NCBI GenBank assembly: GCA_963579555.1
Contig: CAUZHA010000009.1
Coordinates: forward strand, 2,432 to 66,431
Source: Planctomycetes bacterium UBA1146
GTDB lineage: Bacteria > Planctomycetota > UBA8108
DNA length: 64,000 bases
Reading direction: 5' to 3'
The notes beneath the pieces were generated by a model. It was not told the DNA's origin, ran no database searches, and saw only the letters and a list, made by a program, of their open reading frames with translations. The translations under genes were made by a program, and so were the position numbers. Within the stretch, counting starts at the first letter, position 1, and each line of letters opens with the position of its first letter. This document shows positions 56,748 through 64,000 of the stretch, piece after piece.

Positions 56748-58223
56748 TCAGTTAGCGGGGAAGCATACATGTGACCCAGGCTCGCAATCATCAATTCCGA
56801 GGCCTTCTACGGTCCCGCAATCGGGATAGGGACCATCGGGCGGAGCGTAGAGCGCGAAGTTCGTGGAACCTGGCTGCAACCTGTAGTTGATGATGTACAG
56901 CGCATCGGAGATGGATAGAGCCCCATCATTGTTGGCATCCGCAGCCGGAAGACAGGCAGTCATCTGACCGTTATAGAACAACATCTGAACGATCCAGATT
57001 CCATCGGCGATATCCACATGGGAGTCGTTGTTGGCATCTCCACGAATGAATGTCGGGTCGAGAGCGATTGGAGTGCCCTCGAGGACCACGGTCTTTGTTT
57101 CTTCAATGAACTCCGGAACAACCCCGTTACCGTTAACGACGAACAGGATCTCCAGCGGCCTGTCTTCGCCAAGGGTGGTATCCACAAAGCTGAGCTCCAC
57201 ATCTCTCGAATCGTCTCCAACAAGAGAGACAAGTGATCTCAACGTAATGAAGTCGAGAGGAGCGGCGGACAGGGGCTCGAGGCTGAGAACCTCTGTACCC
57301 GGAGAGCCCAGCTGCACGACAGCCCCGACGCTGATGCCGGTGATCATCCCATCGAGATCCCGATCATCGAGCTTGTAGTTCAGGAACTCAGGCCCCTCGC
57401 CGCCATTCAGGGCGGCGACAGCCGGTCCGGGATTGACCGCGATGCACTCGACAAGCTCGTGATCGACCCGCACGGAATAGGACCAGCCCTGCAGGTCGAC
57501 GGGGTTTTCCTTGCCCAGGTTAGAGACCTCGACCTGGACATCGATCGTGTCCTCTCGATTAGCCGGCAACACACATGGCTCCTCGGAACCAAAGGCGAGG
57601 GCCAGGGAGGCGGTGTCCTCAACGGGTGGAATGGCGCAGGCAACGTTGACGCCGGCGCCCGTTACCTGGTCGGGAAGAATCGCCTGCCCATCAATGGTCA
57701 GGTTGATCTCAATCGGAACACGTCCGGGCTGCGAAAGATCGGAGACAAAGTTGATCTCCGTTGCCAGCCCTTCAACGCCTTCGGCGCATCCGAGCACGGT
57801 GTAGTTGGCAAAGCAGAAGCTGAAGAAATCCGACACCGGAACCTCGGCCGGCTCGATAAAGGAGAGCACGACACCCTGGATAATGCCGGTTCGAGTTCCA
57901 TCCTCTAATTCGATAATCTCGGTGAGAGTAAAGCTGGGAGCGACGAGCGCCGCCTCAGCATCAGACCCCTTCATGGTGACGCTCTCGGCCTGCAGGACCG
58001 CCGGATCGTGGCGAACACCAAAGGACCAGCCCTGCGTTCCACCTGCCCGCGAGACGACTCCGGGCGTGGCCATGACCGTATCGCCCGGCCCGTAGACTCC
58101 CCCTTCCCCCCGATCGAGTCGGATCTCGAGGTCAAAATCCCCGGCCTGCCCGAAAAGAACGGGAGACAGGACCATGACGGTCAGAACGACCCAGGACCGC
58201 CATAATGTATTCAAGGCCTGCAT
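56748..58223 (-). CDS. Secreted protein, paralogue P1: two diverged copies of the GWS…VVLSF module + dockerin-like/Cys-rich C-terminal domain
   Basis: Start ATG 58223 (GGAGA 7 nt upstream; the ORF is open to 58376). Signal peptide MQALNTLWRSWVVLTVMVLSPVLFGQAG. Modules …GTQGWSFGVRHDP…GVVLSFIEP… and …DLQGWSYSVRVDH…. C-terminus RGDANNDSHVDIADGIWIVQMLFYNG…DANNDGALSISDALYIINYRL…YPDCG…C…C. Confidence 0.6.
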   Translation of the reverse strand: MQALNTLWRSWVVLTVMVLSPVLFGQAGDFDLEIRLDRGEGGVYGPGDTVMATPGVVSRAGGTQGWSFGVRHDPAVLQAESVTMKGSDAEAALVAPSFTLTEIIELEDGTRTGIIQGVVLSFIEPAEVPVSDFFSFCFANYTVLGCAEGVEGLATEINFVSDLSQPGRVPIEINLTIDGQAILPDQVTGAGVNVACAIPPVEDTASLALAFGSEEPCVLPANREDTIDVQVEVSNLGKENPVDLQGWSYSVRVDHELVECIAVNPGPAVAALNGGEGPEFLNYKLDDRDLDGMITGISVGAVVQLGSPGTEVLSLEPLSAAPLDFITLRSLVSLVGDDSRDVELSFVDTTLGEDRPLEILFVVNGNGVVPEFIEETKTVVLEGTPIALDPTFIRGDANNDSHVDIADGIWIVQMLFYNGQMTACLPAADANNDGALSISDALYIINYRLQPGSTNFALYAPPDGPYPDCGTVEGLGIDDCEPGSHVCFPAN

Positions 58224-58876
58224 TTCACTCTCCTTGCGCATTGAAAATGCGACAATAAAAACAATGCAATAGAAGCCTCCATTCGGGGCAGGCTTTACCG
58301 CTAATGAACTTGGTTTTCCAGCAATGGCGCCGCTGTTCTCAACATTCCGCCAATCCGTACCAGGCGGAGGCTTCACCTGAAATCAGGCGCCAATTCTCTT
58401 CAATTATTCAGCCAGTTGCCGGTCAACCGGACTGGCTTTCCTCCGCTCCGCTGCCCTTAGCCCAGCTGTTTTTCACCAGCAAAAGCAATACTCAACAAAG
58501 GCAGAACTGACGGAAGGCGGTTCATTCAGACACAAAAAAATGAGACCAGTAACGATTATATGCCTCACCTAGAAGGCTGTCAACGCAGGTAAATAAAGGA
58601 GCCGATCGCGAGATAGAAAAATGGCTTCAAACTGTTGATTTCAGACCAAAACAGCAAGATTAGGGTTTTGTAAGATACGTGTGCCTCCAGGAGGCCGCAT
58701 TCGGCATAGAGGAGATTCGTTCAAATACTTGCTAATACCCCCCCCTAAACCGCGCATTGAACGCTGCAGAAGGCCTCTGGGGAGCTCTGGAGGGCTATAG
58801 ATCACCCCCAGCACTAGGAACAACTGCTTTTGCAGCACCCCGAAATACCGACCCAAAGCCAGGGGAATCATTAGAA

Positions 58877-58914
58877 AAATCCCCGTGACCGGAGCGACCC
58901 TGTCACGGGGATTT
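58877..58914 (-). terminator. Rho-independent terminator downstream of P2
   Basis: Perfect 13-bp inverted repeat AAATCCCCGTGAC / GTCACGGGGATTT with a 12-nt loop. The U-tract is on the minus-strand transcript (…GGGGAUUUUUCU). It lies 29 nt after the P2 stop. Confidence 0.55.
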
Positions 58915-58942
58915 CTTACTCTTCATTTAGCAGCGAAATGGA

Positions 58943-60454
58943 TCAGGAACAGCCCTGCGTATCGCTGTCACAGCCGAGACCATCATCATCCAGAATCGAG
59001 CCGCCATCCCTGCCGCAGATGGGGAAGGGAGCCGAAGGCGCATCACCGGCACGGAACTGGTGATTGATCATCAACATGACGTCGGTAACGTCGACATTGG
59101 AGTCGTCGTTCGCATCCGCCGCATCTTCACAAGAGGGCTCAGGGCCATTTCGAAAGAGATAGTTGACTACGTTGATAGGATCAGCAATGTCCATCTTGCC
59201 ATCGCTGTTGACGTCGCCGCGAAGGAAAGAGTTCCTGAGATCTTCGATCTCAGTGAACGAAACATTCAGGACCTGGCGGGCACAGAAATCGGCGGAGCTG
59301 CCTCCAACAGTGGCGACGTTGGCCACCGGCTGGCCGGCTCCAACCATCCCGTCGTCCCAGGAAATACTGCCTGTAATCGAATCAGCTCCCTGCTCCGAAG
59401 CTGACTCGAGCGAGAGCGCGAGCACGGTCGCCGTACCGACAACATCCAGAGTGATCGGCATGGTAAAGGAGAGCACCACGGCGCTTACCGCGCCCTGCTG
59501 GCCGCCGTTGTTGTCCGGATTGACCACCTCGGTCTTCTCAAAGCCGGTGTTGCGCAGTCCGCCCTGGCTGACATCCGCAGAGGATGTGCCGTCGGTCGTG
59601 GCGCCGACGAGGTTCATGCCGCCGTTGACGGCAGCTGAAAGCGACCAGCCCTGCACCCCGTCGCCACCCGCATTGTTACTGACAATCGCGGCGAAAACGT
59701 CGACCGCTCCAATCCCTCCGGTAGGCACATCAACCGAGAGGGAAGCATCATCATCCACCGACTCTGCCAACATACCGGCGTTCAACTCAGCGGCCGGGCC
59801 GAGGCTCTCGGCCTGGAAGATCAGGTTAGGACTCGCGCCCTCACAGGTAACCACGGCAATGCAGTTGATGGTTGCCGAAGAGAAGGACGGATCGACCGTC
59901 TGGCCATTCCAGGTGACCGTGTTCTCAACCGGCTGCCCGGCACCTTTACACCCATCGGCATAAGACACGGTGCCCGCGCCACCCTCATCGGGGATCGTCG
60001 CATCGACCGCGACCTTGGCGATCTCGTTGACGGAATCGCCGGGCAAGGTGATGGGCTGCACAAAAGACAGCACCACGGCGCTCACCGCGCCTTCAAGGCC
60101 ATCGCAGAGAGATCCCGCGCCGGCCTCGGTGGTCGTTTCGCTCTTCTCAAAACCGGTATTGCGAAGGCCGCCCTGTGAAACATCGGCCGCAGCCGTTCCC
60201 TCTGTCGTAATTCCAGTGATCGCGGCACAACCTTCAGCCGCCAGGCTGATCGACCAGCCCTGGGCCCCTCCATCCGCATCCCCTCCCTGCGACATGGTGC
60301 AGGTCAGCTCGAGGGACTGAACCGAACCCGGATTGCCGGCAACATCTCCGCCGCCACCGATTGCAAGATCGAAAGTCGGCTGCGCAGAGGCGGTGCCGAT
60401 TCCAAGTACAAGTAATCCTGTGAGGATTACGCCACGGAAAACCAGACTTCTCAT
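58943..60454 (-). CDS. Secreted protein, paralogue P2: two GWS…GGLRNTGFEK…VVLSF…GAGQPV modules + dockerin-like/Cys-rich C-terminal domain
   Basis: RBS GGGAGGG then ATG. Signal MRSLVFRGVILTGLLVLGIGTASA. Modules at ~res 60-190 and ~270-430. C-terminus RGDVNSDGKMDIADPINVVNYLFRNG…DANDDSNVDVTDVMLMINHQF…PSAPFPICG…C…C. Confidence 0.65.
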   Translation of the reverse strand: MRSLVFRGVILTGLLVLGIGTASAQPTFDLAIGGGGDVAGNPGSVQSLELTCTMSQGGDADGGAQGWSISLAAEGCAAITGITTEGTAAADVSQGGLRNTGFEKSETTTEAGAGSLCDGLEGAVSAVVLSFVQPITLPGDSVNEIAKVAVDATIPDEGGAGTVSYADGCKGAGQPVENTVTWNGQTVDPSFSSATINCIAVVTCEGASPNLIFQAESLGPAAELNAGMLAESVDDDASLSVDVPTGGIGAVDVFAAIVSNNAGGDGVQGWSLSAAVNGGMNLVGATTDGTSSADVSQGGLRNTGFEKTEVVNPDNNGGQQGAVSAVVLSFTMPITLDVVGTATVLALSLESASEQGADSITGSISWDDGMVGAGQPVANVATVGGSSADFCARQVLNVSFTEIEDLRNSFLRGDVNSDGKMDIADPINVVNYLFRNGPEPSCEDAADANDDSNVDVTDVMLMINHQFRAGDAPSAPFPICGRDGGSILDDDGLGCDSDTQGCS

Positions 60455-60797
60455 TTTTCCCTCCCGGAACTAAACACGACCCCCTCGTTCTCCGGAATCG
60501 ACATCATGCCAACCGGAATGTTGAATTTCCGGACGCAGGTATCTGGAATCCCAGGAGTCGGAGCAACGTCGTCGTCTCACGACACGGATCACAATTTCTA
60601 TTTAAAACCAGCCATCCTCTTTCATGACCCTGAAGAGAACGCACTGGTCCGATAACACTATGCGGGGGCAATTCTATCCCTTGATTACACCCTGAGATAC
60701 TAGCATTTAATAAAAGAAACGAGTTTTGGAGAAAAGCCCCTTAAGCTGCCGCTGAGGGCTCTCAAGTGAAATACTTAACTCTCTACTAACATCAAAA

Positions 60798-60888
60798 AAG
60801 AGACGGACCAGGAAGCTTTCAGCTCACCACGCCCGTCTCTTCAGATTCAGTATATTCCGGGCTTGAAACCTGACGGCCATTCAAGCCC
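60798..60888 (-). terminator. Candidate tandem hairpins downstream of P3 (weak terminator call)
   Basis: GGGCTTGAA-12 nt-TTCAAGCCC (60859-60888) is immediately after the P3 stop. Then AAGAGACGG-26 nt-CCGTCTCTT (60798-60841) is followed on the minus transcript by UUUUUUGAUG. Confidence 0.3.
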
Positions 60889-60906
60889 GGCTCAGATTTC
60901 ACTCAC

Positions 60907-61839
60907 CTAATTACAAATCGACGACTCGCAATCAACATCACCGGCCTCTCCACAGGAGGGATACGGAGCGCTTGGCGCCGGGCCTCCGGAGAATCTGAAG
61001 GCGATATTGTAGAGCGCGTCGGAAACGTCATTCAGTCCGTCTCCATTACAATCGACGCTGGCAAGGCACGTTGCCGCCGCCCCGCCGCGGAAGAGACTGT
61101 TAACAATGAAAATCGCGTCAGCGATATCGGACTGGCCATCATCATTCGGATCACAGCGCAGGAAGGACGGGTAGACCATCTTCTCAAAAACGAGCAGGGC
61201 GGCCTGGCACGTACAGAAATCGGCCGTGGCGCCGCTGACGGTGGCTACATTCGCGACCGGTTGGCCAGCGCCAACGAGACCGTCCTGCCACTCAACCCGT
61301 ACCTCCTGGGTCGTGTCGGACAGGGGTTCCGAGGTGGCGATCTCGATATTCAGGATGCCAGCGGTTCCAGAACCGCTCAAGGTAACCGGCATGGTGAAGG
61401 AGAGCACCACGGCGCTTACCGCGCCTAAAGCTCCTTCGTTGCGATCAGGATCCACGACCTCGGTCTTTTCAAAACCGACGCTGCGCAGTCCACCCTGGCT
61501 GACATCAGCGCCAGCTGTTCCATCTAGGTTCGCACCGGTGGGGATCCCTCCGGTAACCAGGGCGGAAAGTGACCAGCCCTGGACACCGCCGGCATCGATG
61601 CCATTGGAAACAATCGCCGCATGCACAGTAGCAGTCCCTATCTCACCCTCAGCGGCATAGACGGTTGAGGAACGAGGCGCGTCAATACCATCAAGCGCAC
61701 TGATATCAGCGGATTCGACAATGGCCTCGTCGACAATCGCGATGCTCAGCGACGCATTCGCACAATCCCCGGCATTGACCGCACCTGCCAGGCAGAATGC
61801 CGTCAAAAAGCCAAAACAGATTCCGAGAAGATATTTCAT
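60907..61839 (-). CDS. Secreted protein, paralogue P3: one GWS…GGLRSVGFEK…VVLSF…GAGQPV module + dockerin-like/Cys-rich C-terminal domain
   Basis: Start ATG 61839 preceded by GGAGGAG-aatgat (the ORF is open to 61869). Signal MKYLLGICFGFLTAFCLAGAVNA. C-terminus RCDPNDDGQSDIADAIFIVNSLFRGG…DCNGDGLNDVSDALYNIAFRF…PSAPYPSCGEAGDVDCESSICN. Confidence 0.65.
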   Translation of the reverse strand: MKYLLGICFGFLTAFCLAGAVNAGDCANASLSIAIVDEAIVESADISALDGIDAPRSSTVYAAEGEIGTATVHAAIVSNGIDAGGVQGWSLSALVTGGIPTGANLDGTAGADVSQGGLRSVGFEKTEVVDPDRNEGALGAVSAVVLSFTMPVTLSGSGTAGILNIEIATSEPLSDTTQEVRVEWQDGLVGAGQPVANVATVSGATADFCTCQAALLVFEKMVYPSFLRCDPNDDGQSDIADAIFIVNSLFRGGAAATCLASVDCNGDGLNDVSDALYNIAFRFSGGPAPSAPYPSCGEAGDVDCESSICN

Positions 61840-61890
61840 ATCATTCTCCTCCATGTTGTCAGTAATCAAAAAGTCCCTGCGGCGACCGCC

Positions 61891-61908
61891 GATCTATCAA
61901 GATAGATC
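61891..61908. promoter_or_regulatory. 18-bp perfect palindrome GATCTATC-AA-GATAGATC upstream of P3 (candidate operator)
   Basis: Seen directly at 61891-61908, 52-70 nt upstream of the P3 start codon. Confidence 0.4.
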
Positions 61909-61909
61909 T

Positions 61910-61921
61910 CCCCCCCCGGGG
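61910..61921. repeat. C8G4 homopolymeric tract adjacent to the palindrome in the P3 promoter region
   Basis: Seen directly: tctccccccccggggccgc. Confidence 0.6.
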
Positions 61922-62374
61922 CCGCATTGACCTTATCGTTAATTGAAGTGAACCACCAGGTGAGCCCATATAGCCTCAACCGGTGAATCAATAGTTACAG
62001 TCACATTCACGGCAATAGGAAACCAGGACTTCCTGGAAGCATAAAGCCATCTCTTACTCTCCGCCTGCAAGACGGAGACCGAGCACCCCGGGCCCGCGCA
62101 GAGCAAAGGGTCTCACTATAAAACTGGCTCACCTGGCACGGCGAGGGAGTTCCAAACAGCTCCTCGCTCGATACGACTCCGCGAACCGAAGCACGACTAA
62201 ATGGCTCGAGTCCAAACTCTCTCGAAGCCTGAGAACTCAGATCAGAGAAAAGGCACCATGGGCAAACCAGCCCACCCTTTCAAAAACCTGAGTCATCGAG
62301 TGTACCGCCTGATGCCTCCGATGGAAGTCCTATATTTTTTTCTTAAAAGACCCTTTCTGCCCCCGGCTCGAGGC

Positions 62375-62411
62375 AAAAAAAAAAATGGGCGGCATCTCGA
62401 AGATGCCGCCC
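62375..62411 (-). terminator. Strong rho-independent terminator downstream of P4
   Basis: GGGCGGCATC-tcgaa-GATGCCGCCC (10-bp GC-rich stem, 62387-62411) is followed on the minus transcript by U11 (plus-strand A11 at 62375-62385). It lies 25 nt after the P4 stop. Confidence 0.7.
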
Positions 62412-62435
62412 AAGCAACCCTAACTTAACCCGATC

Positions 62436-63983
62436 TTATGGACAGGAAGAACTCTCGCAAGCCAATCCGTCCGGCGTAGCATCTTCGCCACAGGAGGGGA
62501 ATGGAGCCGCCGGTACGGGACCAGCCATGAACCTGTACGCGATCGTAAACAACGCATCCGAAATATCGGTTTTGCCGTCGTCATTTGAATCCGCTGAAGC
62601 GAGACAGGGCGGGGTCGGACCATTGCGAATGAGCCAGTTGATCGTGTAGATCGGATCGGCAATATCGACCTTGTCATCATTGTTCGCATCGGCGCGCACA
62701 AACACGGCGCTGGGGGGCGAACAGGCATCTTCGCTGTGGACAACCGTGATCCCGCTAATCTGGCGGGGAGCCACCGTCTGGCCCTGGACCGTCAGTACGG
62801 TATCAACCGGCTGTCCTGCGCCGATCAGTCCATCGGTAAAGTTGATCTCCGAGGAGAAGCCCTCTCCCCCGGCGCCTTCGGCTACAACGTAGCGCGCCCG
62901 GAGTATGGACTGATCCTGGGTGGCATCGAGAACGATCGGCATGGTAAAGGAGAGCACCACGGCTGAAACAAGCCCGGCCCGACCATCATTCCTTGCGGGA
63001 TCGATAATCTCGGTCTTCTCAAATCCGGTACTCCTTATTCCGCCGTCGTTCACATCACCGGCGACCGTTCCCGAGGTTGTCGGGTAGGTGTCATTGGTGA
63101 TCGTAAGCTCTGCGGGGTTGTGCTCGATTCCGAGTGACCAACCCTGGGCGCCCGCGTTCGGGGGGTCGTTGGGATCATTCGGCCCGATATAGGCAGTCAC
63201 CAACGCCTCTCCACCTCCCTCTGAGGAACAGAGAACGATCTGGGAGGCATCCGGATTGTCCGAAGTTCCAAGCTTGAGGTCCGTACCGCCGGCACAAGCC
63301 GCCGCATCAGCGCAATCGGAGTCGTCACAATCAACAGACCCATCTCCATCGTTGTCCTCACCATCTTCACAGTCAGTCTCCGGCGGCGGAGGCGGCTCAA
63401 TGTTGACAGTAAGGGCAGCCAGGGTCGGAGTAGCCGTCTGGCCCTCAAAGGTGACATCGTTGTTCACCGGCTGTCCGGAACCGACCAGGCCATTGCGATA
63501 CTCGATAGTTCCAGTAGAGGCCTCGGCTCCCACCGTTGCTTCGTAATCGACGAAGCCGACGATCTGATCGGTATTCGGAGGCAGGGTGATCGGCATGACA
63601 AAAGAAAGCACCAGGGCCTGAACGAGACCCTGCTGGCCGTCATTGCGGTCAGGATCTACAATCTCAAAGACCTCAAAGCCGGTACTTCGAAGGCCTCCAT
63701 CCGCAACATCCGCCGCTGCGGATCCCGCGGTGGTCACCGCTGAAATATTAACTCCATCATTGGCGACACCCATGGACCAGCCCTGGGGACCAGTGGCACC
63801 GTCAAGGTCACTGGAACCGAGGATCAACTTTACCTGGAAAGGTACCGTTGATCCCGCTTCCGCCTGGATGCTTGCGGGAGCATCCTCAAAGCTATAGCTA
63901 AAGCTACCCTGGGCCTCTAAGACCGCTGTCCAACAGAGACAGAGGAATCCAGCGACCAGGGTGGTTGAGATCCTACCCATCAT
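62436..63983 (-). CDS. Secreted protein, paralogue P4: two GWS…GGLRSTGFE…VLSF…GAGQPV modules separated by an Asp/Cys-rich linker + dockerin-like/Cys-rich C-terminal domain
   Basis: RBS AGGAGA then ATGATG. Signal MMGRISTTLVAGFLCLCWTAVLEAQG. Acidic linker PPPPPETDCEDGEDNDGDGSVDCDDSDCADAAACAGG. C-terminus RADANNDDKVDIADPIYTINWLIRNG…DSNDDGKTDISDALFTIAYRF…PAAPFPSCGEDATPDGLACESSSCP. Confidence 0.65.
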   Translation of the reverse strand: MMGRISTTLVAGFLCLCWTAVLEAQGSFSYSFEDAPASIQAEAGSTVPFQVKLILGSSDLDGATGPQGWSMGVANDGVNISAVTTAGSAAADVADGGLRSTGFEVFEIVDPDRNDGQQGLVQALVLSFVMPITLPPNTDQIVGFVDYEATVGAEASTGTIEYRNGLVGSGQPVNNDVTFEGQTATPTLAALTVNIEPPPPPETDCEDGEDNDGDGSVDCDDSDCADAAACAGGTDLKLGTSDNPDASQIVLCSSEGGGEALVTAYIGPNDPNDPPNAGAQGWSLGIEHNPAELTITNDTYPTTSGTVAGDVNDGGIRSTGFEKTEIIDPARNDGRAGLVSAVVLSFTMPIVLDATQDQSILRARYVVAEGAGGEGFSSEINFTDGLIGAGQPVDTVLTVQGQTVAPRQISGITVVHSEDACSPPSAVFVRADANNDDKVDIADPIYTINWLIRNGPTPPCLASADSNDDGKTDISDALFTIAYRFMAGPVPAAPFPSCGEDATPDGLACESSSCP

Positions 63984-64000
63984 GTTCTCCTATTCACTTT

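Noticed and set aside
1-64000. Looked for transposases, integrases, IS inverted repeats and phage genes
   Set aside because: None were recognised. The only hint of foreign or accessory DNA is the AT-rich ORF-free island at ~30 kb and the paralogue array at 50-64 kb.
1-64000. Searched for sigma54 -24/-12 promoters (TGGCAC-N5-TTGC) as targets of the EBP
   Set aside because: The only TGGCAC found (62138) lacks a TTGC at the right spacing. No confident site was found in this window.

Overview
High-GC (roughly 60-65%) gene-dense bacterial chromosomal segment with most genes on the minus strand. Judging by content it is probably from the PVC superphylum (Planctomycetota-like): dockerin-tailed secreted giant proteins, prenyltransferase/squalene-cyclase-repeat proteins, a very long YidC, a eukaryote-like IMPDH and a BatA/MoxR operon. 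This placement is an inference, not a database result. Layout: (i) 1-2.7 kb: partial TPR lipoprotein, recO and a CNNM/CorC transporter. (ii) 2.8-19.6 kb: an eight-gene translationally coupled minus-strand operon, MoxR - DUF58 - BatA-like VWA - membrane protein - PQQ beta-propeller - prenyltransferase-repeat protein - 2-TM protein - 1073-aa polyQ coiled-coil protein. (iii) 20-25.2 kb: plus-strand housekeeping cluster guaB-guaA-ribH-nusB-ftsY. (iv) 25.3-29.9 kb: a 1562-aa glycine-rich lipoprotein followed by an ~1 kb AT-rich ORF-free region. (v) 31-35 kb: a second prenyltransferase-repeat protein with a TonB-like N-terminus, NAD(P)H-hydrate epimerase, a small membrane protein and an M20 peptidase. 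(vi) 35-38 kb: operon of a degenerate EBP-like AAA+ protein, an HD-GYP phosphodiesterase and an intact sigma54 activator. (vii) 38-50 kb: smc, an nrdR-linked class III RNR (NrdD)-like ATP-cone protein lacking the glycyl-radical/Zn-ribbon C-terminus, mnmE, yidC and a metallophosphoesterase. (viii) 50-64 kb: a tandem array of five minus-strand genes, a 2073-aa giant plus four 320-542-aa paralogues. All five end in the same dockerin-like plus Cys-rich C-terminal domain, and the four small ones are built from an unrecognised ~150-aa module. No rRNA, tRNA, CRISPR array or transposase was recognised by eye.
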